Source of the DNA: Octopus sinensis
Taxonomy: Eukaryota
Direction of reading: 5' to 3'
DNA length: 64,000 bases
Assembly (NCBI RefSeq): GCF_006345805.1
Contig: NC_043002.1
Location: 42,346,001 to 42,410,000, forward strand
Below, in pieces: positions 12,956 through 26,000 of the stretch (positions are counted from its first letter, which is position 1; every line of letters begins with the position of its first letter). The translations under genes and the position numbers were made by a program. The notes beneath the pieces were generated by a model, which saw nothing but the letters and a program-made list of their open reading frames with translations, made no database searches and was not told where the DNA came from.

Positions 12956-13167
12956 GACATTTATATATATATATATAAAATGGACATTTATATATATATT
13001 TATATATATATATATATATATATAAAATGGACATTTATATATAATTTATATATATATATATATATATATAAAATGGACATTTATATATATATTATATATA
13101 TATATATTATATATATAAAATGGACATTATATATATATATATCTATATATATATAGAAAATGGACAT

Positions 13168-13198
<31 letters not shown>

Positions 13199-13417
13199 AA
13201 TGGACATTAATATATATATATATATAATATATATATATATAGAAAATGGACATTAATATATATATATATATATATATATCTATATATATATATATAGAAA
13301 ATGGACATTAATATATATATATATATAGAAAATGGACATTAATATATATATATATATATATATAGAAAATGGACATTAATATATATAAAATATTATATAT
13401 ATTAATGTCCATTTTCC
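12714..13417. repeat. Minisatellite: 16 copies of AAAATGGACATT separated by variable (TA)n, ending in an inverted copy
   Basis: Units counted by eye; the final inverted copy taatgtccattttcc is the tail of the adjacent SINE. Confidence 0.95.
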
Positions 13418-13560
13418 ATGTTGGCATGGGTTAGACGGTTTGACCAGAGCTGCGCTAGGTTCCATTCTGATTTGGCTTGGTTTCTACAGATGGATGCCCT
13501 TCCTAGCGCCAAGCACTTTACATTGTGTGCTGGGTGCTTTTAATGTAGCACTGGCACAGT
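13402..13560 (-). mobile_element. (GAT)n-tail SINE / LINE 3' end family copy
   Basis: ttaatgtccattttccatgttggcatgggttagacgg..ggatgcccttcctagcgcc. Other copies at 10393-10488, 16010-16199(+), 16956-17135, 26112-26325, 32880-33094(+), 45480-45645(+), 46233-46495, 49350-49500. Confidence 0.8.
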
Positions 13561-14167
13561 TTAAATAGTGGATATGGAAGCTGCAACAGAAAATCAAAAT
13601 TCATACTTCTTGTACATACACACATACCTAAATACTATGGTGCAGTACATTCCAAGACAACATGAGTGAAACTAGGAGGAAGACGAGCAACTGAGATGTT
13701 CGGAAAAGGGTTGTTACTCATTGTGTTGTCAGTACTGGAAGATCTAAGAGCTAAGATATATGCACACACCTACATATACACACATTTATATGTGTGTGTC
13801 TTTGCATTTGTCACTCACCAATGTTTAACAACTGTGGTTGATTTATTTACTTTCCCATTACTTATCAGTTTGGCAAAAATGACTGATAGAATATGTGCCA
13901 GTCTTAAAACTATGTATTGGGGCTGATTTGTTTGACTATACCCTTCAAAAATTAAAATAACAAAACAACAAATGTCAAAAAGACATGCACATGGAATATT
14001 TTAGCTTGATGCTCTGTATAAGATGGGAAAAAGAGTGAGTGTATAACATTTCAAGCATGGCTCTTTGTTAGAAAGAGGAGAAAGGGAAGGTCTGGAGAAG
14101 GGAAAAAAAAAAATCTAAGACAAGCATGTGTGTGGTTACATGGCTGAAGTGTCTTAATATTCTTTTC

Positions 14168-14340
14168 TGCTCTAGGCACAAGGCCTGAAATTTAGTATGC
14201 AACTGGTACTTAATTTATCAACCCTGAAAGGATGAAAGGCAAAGTCAACCTTGGTAGAATTTGAACTCAGAACTTGAAGACAGATGAAATACTGCTAAGC
14301 ATTTTGCCTGGCGTGCTAACATTTCTGCCAGCTCACCACC
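14168..14340 (-). mobile_element. Nin-domain SINE, CpG-decayed
   Basis: Same core as the 7867-7985 copy with all four CpGs mutated. Confidence 0.8.
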
Positions 14341-14344
14341 TAAG

Positions 14345-14720
14345 TGACTTGTATATAATTAGGCATTGGACAAAATACCTCAGCATTTATTCTGGCTTTT
14401 TGCATTTTGTGTTCAAAACTTTCCAGAGTCAGTATATGCCAGTCTACTGTGATGACCTGATGTAATTGTTTGAGTGTCTGATAGGATGCTTTGCTCTATC
14501 TGTTCCAGCCACTTGTGTTTAAAGAAACAATTCTGCTGTGTCCTACTGAAGTGATAGATTTAATCTATTGTCCAGTTTGATATGACCACCATCTTGTGAT
14601 TGGGTCCCTTTAGCAGTATCTACTTTGTTGCTAGGATCTGTTTGAGGAAACCTTCCTCCTTGTTATCAGGAGTAAATGGCAATATCCATGACCTTGCAAT
14701 GTGTCATGGGCATTGCCAAC
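14345..14720 (-). mobile_element. Degenerate mariner-like transposase remnant
   Basis: Minus-strand translation with stops (PDNKEEGFLKQILATK*ILLKGPNHK...SILSDTQTITSGHH) loosely matches mariner motifs FLxRIVTGDEKWILY and LxxGQTITS. Confidence 0.4.
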
Positions 14721-16009
14721 ACCCCTGACTAGCAATTTAAAAAAAAACAACATTCATATATTATCTATTGATATATGATAAACTTGTGAAAAATATGAGC
14801 TTCACCTACTAAAAGTAGCAGCTAAAAATTGTTCAAATACCTCACTTTTGTCCTGCAAAACAGTTGAGGTATAGTGGATATAGTCCAGGGTACATAGTCT
14901 GAATGAAAATAAAGAAAAATGGGATTGTCATAGGTCTGACCTGATCTGGAAAACCTCTGATCAAAAGTGTTGTAGATATAATTAAGAGGGCAGTGTGTGA
15001 TTTGAGGGAAATTATTCTGCTGTTTCTAACTGATCATGCAGCCATGAAAACACTCCTTCATTAGTTCAACTTTCAAGTGTATAACAATTTATATCGTGTG
15101 TGTTTTGTTTCTCATGCATACAAGAACCATTATTATTATTATAAAGGTTTCATATAGAGATGACTGCAATTATCAAGAGTTGCTTGGTAAATGATTGCAC
15201 ATGTGCATTCATACATACACATAGGCTTATGTGCTTATTCACACATGCCCACACACTCATACAACATATGTCCCCACTCTTACATAATATACATGCATAT
15301 TCACTTATGTACACACACATATATCCAAGCTTACACACATATATATTCACTTAAAATATATATATATATACACAACATGCAAGTGTACCCAGTATACAAA
15401 TGTACGTGCCCATTCACACATACATACAAGCATACAAATCCACTCATACATTCATATACACACAAACACGCATGTTATATCTTTTTCCCAATGGCAACCA
15501 ACAAAACTGGTTGGTTGCAGAGATTTATTTATCTCTTTTGTATCTTTTATGGATTGTCATCTAATAATATTGTTTTGTAATTCTTATTATGAACTGTCGT
15601 CTAAGAACTACTGTCTCTAACAGTTATTGGAGCTTAACAATATATTAGAATTAATGATGTTCATGCCTTTCACAAGAGCATTATATTTATAATGAGTGAA
15701 GTGAAGCAGTAACTTTAAACGAGAATGGAAGCAAACCATATGTGACATTCAAGCTGACTAATAATTTAAGTTTAATGTTATTATCACTTCTATTGATGAA
15801 TCACAGTCTTTTGAATCAACTTAAATATGTTACTGTCGATTACTGAAACCAGTGAGAGATCCGCTATAAGATTACTTGACTTGTTATAAACAGGAGATGA
15901 ATTTCTCTGCAATTTCTCTTTTATTTTTCTTGTTTCTGTTCATTGGGCTGCAGCCATGCTGGGACACCATCTTGAAGAGTTTAGTTGAACAAATCATGCT
16001 CGGTGCTTA

Positions 16010-16199
16010 TTTTACGGTGGCACGTAAAAAGCACCCACTACACTCACGGAGTAGTTGGCATTAGGAAGGGTATCCAGCTGTAGAAACACTGCCAGATCAG
16101 ACTGGAGCCTGGTACAACCTCCTGGCTTCCCAGATCCCGGTTGAACCATCCAACCCGTGCTAGCACAGAAAACGGACGTTAAACGATGATGATGATGAT
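16010..16199 (+). mobile_element. (GAT)n-tail SINE family copy
   Basis: cacccactacactcacggagtagttggcattaggaagggtatccagctgtagaaac..ggacgttaaacgatgatgatgat. Confidence 0.8.
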
Positions 16200-18719
16200 A
16201 ACTGGTACTTATTCTATTGGTCTCTTTTGTTGAAAATGCTAGCTAAGGGGGGATGTAAACAAACCAACACCAGTCATTATATATATATATTCACCAGTAT
16301 CGGCGTCAAGCAGTGTTTAGGAATAAGCAAACTATAGGTTAGTTAAAATATTTTCATGACCTATTTCAACTTCTAAAGGCAAATTCACTGCAGTTACTGT
16401 AGAGAAAAAAATTCTTTCTTATCATAAAAGGTGTGAACTTCTACACAGTTTCCATTTATCAAATTCACTCATAAAGCATTGGTCAGCCTTGGGCTACAGT
16501 AGAAGACACTTGTCCCAGTGCCATGTAGTGAGACTGAACCTGAGATCATCTGATTGCAGAGCAAGTTTTTTATCTGTATGACCATGTTTACTGAGGAATG
16601 AAAAATAAAAGGAGAGGACATTTGAAAGTGTACTGGTCCTATATATCAACCCTAGTACTTATTTCAGTTTGGTATTTATCTTATCTATCTCCTTCACTGA
16701 GTAGCTAAGTTATCTTTTTACCCAAGTTCTTTTAACTGGCCATGTTGTGTTAAAATGTGTCTCTATGTGATGGACTTCATCTCAGATTGTCAACCTGTTT
16801 CCACTCACAAGGTGTTGGTCAACTCAGGTTATAATAGAAGATACTTTCCTAAGAGGGCATACAATAGACTTGTAACTGTGAAGCATATTTAACCCCATGG
16901 CCACATCTGAGCCTGTGTGTGATATTGGGTTTCCACAATAAGCCTGACACATCATAATCATCATCCTTTAATGTCCGTTTTCCATGTTGGCATGGGTTGG
17001 ATGGTTTGATCAGAGCTGGTAAGCCGGACAGTTGCACCAGGTTCCAGTTTGATTTAGCTTGGTTTCTACAACCGGATGCCCTTCTTAATGCCAGCCAGTT
17101 TACAGTGTGTGCCAGGTACTTTTATGTGGTGTTGGCACAAATGTTCTTGCAAGCCAATCCTCTTCATCAGGGGGAGCAGCCTTAACATTTCTGGTCTGTA
17201 TACTTCACTCCTTTGTTGTGGCTTAAACAGGAAGCAATACTGGTATACATTCTCCTTTTTTCTGTCTTTCTCTCTCTTTCACACATGCACACACCCACCA
17301 GTATTCACTTGCACACATTCACTTTATTCCTTTTATTCTTGCATATCCTAAAAGCATTGTTTCCGAATGGCCTAAGCTGAATTTTCTGCTCTAGGTGTTA
17401 CTTTAGTTCTGTTTACTGTCTGATATAAGGTTCTAGATCTGGGATTATTTTCTGTTGACCTGACATATTAAATACCAAGAACAAGGTTCTAGACTATTTG
17501 ATAGTGTCTATTCTTTAGAATAAGGTTCCAGATTGTTTAGAAGTATTTAAATTCTTGGTGTATTTACTGCATGAAATAAGTAACATTTAAGACAGGCACA
17601 GGCAACCATTTTCAATGAGTGGGCCACATGAGACATGTTTCATCATCAGGCAGACAGCATTACTAAGAAAATAGCAGGTAATTTTTTCATTAAGGGTGCT
17701 ATTCACTAAATCCCACAAAGCTGACTTATCTACAAATGTTATTTGCAATAGATCATCTTATATCTAAGAGGAGACGCATCTTCCATCAACTTATCATTTG
17801 AATAAAGAGACTTAGTAGTAGCCCTAAACATATCGCCCCTCTGATGGACATTTAGAAAGTATTTGTATTTTACTTTTCCAGTGACACTCACATGTCTTCA
17901 CTTTTGTTTGCAAACACTTATTTAAATACTCATGCATACATGCCATATACCAGTACACATACATTATTTAATACAGATGTGTGTGTGTGTGTGCAGCCAT
18001 TGTTTTAATATCCACTTTTCCATGCTTGTATGGGTTAGATGAGGCAGATTTTTTTATGGCTGGATGCACTCCTTGTAAGAAGGACATCTAACTGTTTCCA
18101 AGTAGGGTAATATTTCCCCATTGCCAGACATGTTTTCACAGAAGATTGGAAAGGTGGATCTCTTCACATATATACAACCAGGTGCTTCCCTTCCTTTCCA
18201 TCCACCAGATCCAATAACAAGGGTTTGGTTGACTGGGGGCTATGATAAAAGTCACTTACCCAGGGTGCCACATCTGCATACACGTGCACACACACAGAGG
18301 CATGGCTGAATGTTTAAGAAGTTCAATTTATAACTATTAAACCTTGGTTTCACAGTCTTACTGCACAGGAGGTGCCTTCTATCTTAGCCTTGGCTCAACC
18401 AGAATCTTATGAGTGAAAAGAGTTCTACAGGAGCAGAATGGAAACTGACTGGGTGAGCTGTGCTTGTAAATCAAAGGAGTTGCTTTTTAACACATGCTGT
18501 CTCGGGTTACTATGGATTGCTCAACCATTTACCATTATTATACAATGGTTAGGTAGTTTTGTTCATCTCACAAGCGGTCAAAACTGATGTAAAGTCTACT
18601 ATTATATATGTATCTTGTTTCAGTCATTAGACTGTGGCTATGCTGTGTCACTGCCTTAAAGAATTTTAGTCTAACAAATTGTCCCCAGTACTTAATCTTG
18701 CTGATTCTGGCAGAATAGC

Positions 18720-19085
18720 AGTGCTTTTAGAGGGCCTCCTAGACCAGTGAGGTTGATGCCATTGATGTTCTTCTTAAGACATCAAAGGTTAACAACTGTA
18801 TGAAAAAGATGAGCAGGGCAAGAATTCCAAAGGGCTGACATTCTGTAAATGAAGCTCTAGGCATAGTGATAAGTGAGGTTCCTGTGGTGGGTTTCCATAC
18901 AACATGTGTAATAGGAAGTTAAATGTGAGTGGGGGTGGCATGAGTCCAGCCAGTTGCAAGAAGCAGAGGTCACTATAATACCCATAGAAAAGGCAGAGAG
19001 ATGAGGCAGCTTGCTTGGCCAGCAGCTGGAGCCTGTCTGTGAGTGATTCTATGCAAGCATTTCTAAACCATTTCCGGAATTTAAA
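18720..19085 (-). mobile_element. CR1/Jockey-type LINE 3' remnant (post-RT C-terminal region)
   Basis: ORF segment LQLLAKQAASSLCLFYGYYSDLCFLQLAGLMPPP resembles the CR1-clade LxxLxxRRxxASLxLFYRYYxGxCSxELxxLxPP motif. Confidence 0.55.
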
Positions 19086-19524
19086 ATTATTTTTCAATTG
19101 TTTTCACATATACTCTGTTAGATTTGTGCATCCCAAATGAATTCTTAATTGCAAATATGTTCTAAAGCTGTTATGTTAATGAGAGAGAATTTGATAAAAA
19201 AAGAAAAAATGTAGTGAATCCCAGATTAATCAGCCTGCTATAAATAGCAACCAGATTTCCCTCAATTACATCATTCTGTCTTGAAAGTAGGACATATTGG
19301 ACAATGTAGCCCTAGATATGCAAAGCACAAGATGGTCAGGGATTTGGACACTTTGGATTGTAGGTCTGTTCGAGAGTGGTTGTCTTCAGGATAAACAATA
19401 ACCAGTAAAAGGGGGCTGTGCATATTCACAAATCCATACATATGTAATTATATGCATAATACACACACACAAATACATTTGTATAGTACACACACACACA
19501 CACACGTGTGTGTGTGTATGTATG

Positions 19525-19574
<50 letters not shown>

Positions 19575-20033
19575 GTAATACAGACACATGTATACACCTG
19601 TTTGAGAATTACCTTCTTAGTTGGCACCAAAACCATAATGTTAATTCACACCACAGTATGATCATGTCGCTTTTGCGATAGATTGCCACCAGCACAAATG
19701 CCAATTTCTATTGGATATGCAAAAGTCTATTAAAAGCACAGTTTTTGTTGTTCTTGAAGATGATAATTATAATAATAATAATAATGGCGATGGTGAGAAT
19801 AATGATGACAATGGTGATGATGATGATATTGGTATTTTTCTCTTTTTTTTTTCACTTTGCTTTAATTCAAATCTACCAGATAAGTGCTTTATTTTATTTA
19901 TTCATTTATTTATTGGCTTGGCAAAATGCCTGTTAAGACATGTTTTGGATCCACTTCAGTTGCTTAGCTGCATGATAATAAGGAATATTGATTTCTTTCA
20001 TTTCTGCAAGAGTGACTGAGTGAGTGGGAGAAA

Positions 20034-20040
20034 ATGAATG
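20034..20040 (+). CDS. Candidate alternative first coding exon C (MN + G, phase 1)
   Basis: aaaATG context preceded by UTR-like low-complexity sequence (~19700-20033); donor G|gtaaaa is only moderate. Confidence 0.3.
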
Positions 20041-21812
20041 GTAAAATGGTGGTTTAAAGTTGTAATAATAATTTGTGAGTTGGACTATGTTGTGTTGTGT
20101 TTAGTATTTTTTTTTCTTTTCATTTTAATCTTTTTTTTTTTTACTTTCAATTTGTTTTGTTTTCCGTTCAGCACAAATATATATATATATAAATTTTAAA
20201 AATGCAAAAGACAAAAAGATAACAAACAAACATAACAACCTTTATAGAATGAGATTTTCATTGTTCTTAGTTTATGTAGCAGAAGCAGCAACATCCCCAT
20301 ATTTTATACAAGTGTATCATTGGCTGAATTGATAAAGTGTAGGAATACTGGCTGAAGAGTGAGCATTTTTTTTTTTTCTTTAACTACTCCCTCACACTAG
20401 ATTTGTGCAATGTCCATAACTTAGCAACTTTACAATTTGCTGGCTCAGCTTATCTAACTATAAATAAGTACCATGAGGAGATGCACTTTTTACTGCTGTA
20501 GGAAGTGAAAGAAACAGTTGTAATTGACCAAGTGTTCCATTTATATCTGATCATTCCAAATCACACCATGCATATATAATGAAAAGAAGTAAGGACTCTG
20601 CTATGTTAAACACTTCTGAATATAATGTGTAGAGTTAGTAATAGTGATGGTGAGTGAATAAGGCAGATGGAATCTTCTGCAAGATCTTCAATGTGACACT
20701 GTAAAATAATGGAAATACTCTTCAGGGTCAATATTAATGTTTTGTGTCATTTTCTTTTAAAAAGAAGCATATAATCTACCCTATTTAAATCCATTCATTG
20801 TTTCAATGCAGCTCTACTCCGATCTAGCAGACTTATGATCAAGAGACATTCCAACCATGACTATCCAATTTTTTTTCAGTTATGGCACACTTGGATCAAA
20901 TTAACTAATGTGTCCTTTTTATGTTGTTGTTGTTCAGACCTGTGGTCAAACATTCCAGTCGTGACCATTCTTTCTTTGCTTAAGGTATGTGTCCGGAACT
21001 GCACATCTTCACTTTTTTTGTGATTTGCGAGAGATTCAGTTGCTATTTCTAGCAGGTTGAGTGACTTCATAATCCTCAAACTAGTGGAAGAGCTGACATA
21101 CGTAGACTTAAGTGCACAAATTAAATGTACAATGAAATACCTGCTGCGCATTTAAACTCAAGATCTGAGGCGATAGCCCTGTATCATATCTACTCGGCCA
21201 TTTCACTTCTAATAATCCAATTAATAGCATTATGTTCTATTAGTAGCATCAAGTACAAAGTACTTGACTCAACATAGCTAGCAATGAGGTATTTGTTAAC
21301 GAGATTTTGCTTCTACTATCTTAGTAGTATATGATCTGTATAAATTTACCAAATTTGTGCTTTGAAAGTGCATATTGTTTTCTAACAAGGCATGTAGCAA
21401 ACAGTCTGTACACATAATGAGAATATAGAAATTAGTATAAAAATAGAGGAAACAAAAAAAAAAAATAATAATAATAATAATTCATAGAGGTATAATCTTC
21501 ATTGTATACAATTGAGAATAGAGGAATATAAATAAAAACATGAAACTGTGTATATAGGCATTGTTAGTTCTGTGGATGTTAGTATATGAATTATAGCATG
21601 TCATAGCTGCTTGTGCTCACATTGAAAATGTTCTGTGTATTTCTTATAGGATTAAAACTACTGTGGGAGTTATGAGCTATGGTTTCTTTTGACTAAATAG
21701 AAAGTTAGTTGGGCTGATGAAGGGATATATTACTCTAGAAGGCTGAAAAACAAAGTCAGTATTCTATTTGTTTGAAGTCATAGAATACTGAAGCATCAAA
21801 TTAAATGCCCTT

Positions 21813-22253
21813 CTAACCATTTTGATGTCACACTGCCCAAGACCTGGTTTGGTCCTATGATATAAACCTTCTTGTTTTAACCCATTAACATTCAGATTAC
21901 TCTGTCAATTGCAATATTTATTTATTCACATTGTTTTGAATTAATTATGCATTATCTTGTAGCTTCAAAATTTCAATGATGTGATTGTTTATTTTTAGAA
22001 TGACATTGTCGGGTAGGTGTAAGAGGTTGAATCTGGCTGGTTTGAACTTACAACAGGTTGGATATTTAGGTTAGATATACCTGGTTTAAATACTAGTGTT
22101 AAAATGATTCAAATGAAAATCTCTGATCAAAACTTATTTTATATTCCAAACACCAGCTTAATAATGAAGTTACTTTACAAAATTCTTCATTTTCAAAATG
22201 AATTGAAACAAATGCAGTGCATTTCAGTAGAAATCTGGTAGCAAAAGGGTTAA
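21813..22253 (+). mobile_element. piggyBac-like MITE family A, interrupted by a family B insertion
   Basis: 3' end caaaaggg|ttaa and internal ttccaaacaccagcttaataatg. Other copies at ~36768-37005(-), 48117-48342(-), 52520-52742(-), 57385-57624(+). Confidence 0.7.
21881..22098 (+). mobile_element. piggyBac-like MITE family B nested at a TTAA site
   Basis: TTAA at 21877-80 and 22099-102; degenerate ccctttagcatt TIR; second copy at 37477-37700 ending aatgctaaaggg|ttaa. Confidence 0.75.
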
Positions 22254-22786
22254 AGTAGTGTTTCTAAAAGTAGATGTCACTTACATTGTAGGGTGCAAAT
22301 TTTGTGGAGTGAGTATGGGTACCTGTTCAAAATGTGTTATCTTTAGTGAAGAATTCACTTAAATAATACCTTAAAGCATTATTTCTCAAAGAGAGTTCTA
22401 AGAAAAAAAGGTTGTGAAGTTCCTCAAGTTGAGGTGTCTTAATAAAATCTAATAAAAATTTTGCTTTTGTATTTGTCTTGCTAGATTCTTGAAGTGAAAT
22501 CATATGTTGGAATAGATATTGTTGAACCATAAGAGGGTCATTTTGCTAGTAAAATCACATGCACTGTTTCTGTTTCACTTCTGCTAAGGTCAACTTTGCC
22601 TTCATCCTTTTGGGGGTCGATAAAATTAGTGTGATAAAAATAAAAAATGGTGTGTATTATATTTGTCTTATTAGAATTAGGGTCAGCAGGAGTTGTTCAT
22701 AAAGCACATGTTGTGTGATTTAAAAAAAATTCTTTTTAAAATTGTCTTAGGTTTCTGTAAAAATAGGTTTGGGAATGAAACTCTAA

Positions 22787-23066
22787 CAGTGTGGTTTCCA
22801 AACATTTTCTGGCTTCCACCCTCTTGATACCCTGGCCATATTCCTAGCACCCATACCCCAACTAATAATCACAAGCATAGACCTCTTTCTGAAGCAAATT
22901 CAAAGCAACTGCATTTCACAAATAAAGCTCAACCTAATGAATCCATTATTCTGTTGTTTTTACATGAATCTCTACCCCATTATGGCTCCACTTTTCTTCA
23001 ACACCCTCTTGGAACTTTCCACCACTGCCCCCAGGGGGGCAATACCACCCACATTGAGAACTACTG
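22787..23066. mobile_element. hAT/Charlie-like MITE
   Basis: Termini cagtgtggtttccaaac and cacattgagaactactg, gcccccagggggg subterminal motif, TCTA-like flanks; TSD degenerate. Confidence 0.45.
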
Positions 23067-26000
23067 ATCTAGCATAAGGAAGGACTGAGAATGAGGTATA
23101 GCATCAATGAAACTCTAGTCACTAGTCTGCTGAGTTCACTTACCTCACTAATACCATTTCCTATATCTAGATCATTTATTGTTTGCCAGATTAGAGAGGT
23201 AGAATTATTGAAACTTCAGGGGAAGGGAATGCTATGCAGTATTTCTTCTGGCTCTTTAAAATTCTGTTTCCAAAGATGCCATGGTCACCTTTACCTTTCA
23301 TCTCTCAGGTGTTGATGAAAGTCAAGGACTGAAGTTGATGTATCAATTAATCCCTTTCTTTCAAAATAGCTGGCCTTGTACCTAAGTTAGAAATCATTAC
23401 TTAGTAACATTGTTGGAAAGGATTGTCACAAATATTGTAGCTAGGTAAATGAAGTATGTCAAATTAGATGTCAGTTACTGTGCTATGACAAAATACCTCA
23501 AATGTAATATACATTTTTGACTTCATCTTTACAAAATGGCATAGCATGTGACATACTTGCGTGAACAGGCATAAGTAAGTATTCATGCTTCTCACATACT
23601 TGCTTAGTATTTGATATTACTTTTGTAGTAAAAGCATCTATCTGGTTATTTTACTTTGACCTTGTGGTTTTAAAATTCAAAACCTTTTAAAGTTGACATT
23701 TTAGGATCAAAGTAATTTCAGAACTAGTAATTCAATTGAAAAGAGGTGAAGTCTGTGATATAATTACATTTTAAGTATATCTGCCTGTCATTTTGGAAAG
23801 TGTACTCTGACATTACTATTTGACCAGTTCTATAAACAGGCCATATAGTGTATCTTTTTAAAAATTCTTCCATTTTAAATTATATTATTTGCTTTTGAAT
23901 TGTTTTATACTGGGAGTGACAGCTATTTTAAGCTAAGCAGATGAGGCTAGTAAAATCATACCTATCCTATAATATTGTGTATGACAATGGTTGTTGGATA
24001 TTTTGAACTTGTGACTGTTCAAACAAAAATACCCTAAGGTGTGAAAAATCACTAAATGAGTGTATATGTATGGATGTATGGAAAGCACAAATACATACAT
24101 ACCTATGTATATACATTTGAGTGAGATGTAAAGTAAGTTGAGTTTTTTTAGATCATCTGATTGTCTATATGTCATGTTCTAGCTTTGACTCTTACTCTAA
24201 AGAGTTTATTTTATAGATAACCTTTGTTTTTGCTAACCCCCTCACTTCCCATCTCTTTCTCTGTTTCTAGTTCATTTCCCTCTGTTGTATTTGTAAGCAT
24301 CTGCAAAGATATGATGGGTTAGAGAACTATGACCTCTGTTGATAATAGAATAAAATAGTTGGCTACATGAGCTGAGTGGATGATGTGTGACTATTGTATG
24401 TGAATAGAACACAAGAAAAAACTATTGTGGATTTACATTAACCTGAAAAGGAATAAGCTGAGTATGACCTATAAAATTTGCTAACATAACTTATGAAAAG
24501 GCTAGTGTATGGTAAATGCTGATGGACATCTCAAGCATTGATCAGTGTAAACCTTAAAGGCAACTGTACTGGAATAGACATATGTTTGTTGTTAGTAGAT
24601 TGTAAATCATAATGGAGATGAATTAAGTCTTGTGAAGAAATTGTGTAGTCAGACGTTAAAATGTTGAACCTCTCATATAGGAAAAATAGAGAAATGCTGT
24701 TACAGACCTAGTCAACCCACTTCAATAAGAAAAACCTGATATTAAAGCAACAGTAATGATGGTGATTTTCCTTTTTGTAATTTACATTTCTCTCAGAAAC
24801 TTTTTTTTTTCTTTAGAAGACTGGTTGATCAATCATTGGAAAAAAATTAACACAACACTATATTGTGTGTGTGCACGAATGAGCAAGCTTATTGAATATT
24901 CATTAATACTTGTTTTGAATTAATTACTATGCTGGCTTGCAACAGCTACTGATAAATTTATTTAACTAATGTGCACCCTACCCCTCACCTTTATAATCTT
25001 TTGAAATTATAAGGATATGGTTTATGTTTATGAAACATTAAACAATGACTCCATAATTATGGCACCATTGTAATATGACTAAACAAATTTATGAATATTA
25101 TCTTACACTGATAAAAGATGTTTAGAAACTTTTTCTTCAGTCATTATACATTTTTGTTTTCTTTAATGTTGTTTAAACTAGTCTGTCAAGTGGTTTTTTG
25201 TTTTATTTTTTTCACTGTAATTTGGTAAGGCTTCAGTTTTTCAAAGGACAAAGAACATAGATTTAATCTCGAGTTTGCAATTTTGCTGATTTGATTTTTA
25301 AAGAAGTAGTTGGTATGGTTTGCAAAGTATTCAAAAATACAATTTCATCATCATCATCATTACCATAACATTTATTTATTATTTTTTTTCCATAATAATA
25401 TAATTTTGATAGGTCTGCAATTCTATTTAATAATATTACAGATGATACTATAACAATCTATCTCATCTTTGCGGCACAGTATTGTCAAATTGTTTGCTGG
25501 TGATTGCTTTTGTAACAATAATTCCTTCTTTCAAGAGCTTTTATCTCCTCCAGCAGCTACATTTCTACAAAAGTCTTGTCAAGTATGTAATCTCTTTACC
25601 ACCAACAATAATGAACCACTCTTACCTTTCTGTTGGACATTGACAGTAAAGGGTGGATTGCTAAACATGATGATGAGAGAGAGGGATGATGCCTGATATC
25701 ACAGTCATCATGTACAGTAATAATACGACAGGTCATTATACTTGGTGCTATACTAGATCTAAATACATTCCATGGTTACAGTGTTGTTTTTTTCTTTTGG
25801 CTAGGTCCATTTATCATGGATTTATCAGCAATAGCAGTTGTTTTAGACATAAGTACATACACATGCATACATCAACACATATACATTTCATATCAGCTTT
25901 AATTCTGTCTTCTTCACTATAACACGTGTTTTCCTGGACTTCTCATTCTCCAGACCTTTCCTTTCTCTTCTTTCTACTGAAGAACCATGCTCAAAACGTT

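Noticed and set aside
12714-13417. CRISPR array
   Set aside because: The repeat is only 12-14 nt, spacers are pure (TA)n, no cas genes, eukaryotic context, and the motif derives from the adjacent SINE.
20938-20984. 47-nt exon with strong splice sites (DLWSNIPVVTILSLLK)
   Set aside because: Lies entirely within an antisense family X repeat whose (TTG)n tail supplies the acceptor; exonisation is possible but unsupported.
21649-21755. Coding exon after gtgtatttcttatag (similar case at 59372-59429)
   Set aside because: All three frames are closed and there is no ATG at the donor; could be UTR or cryptic, but unsupported.
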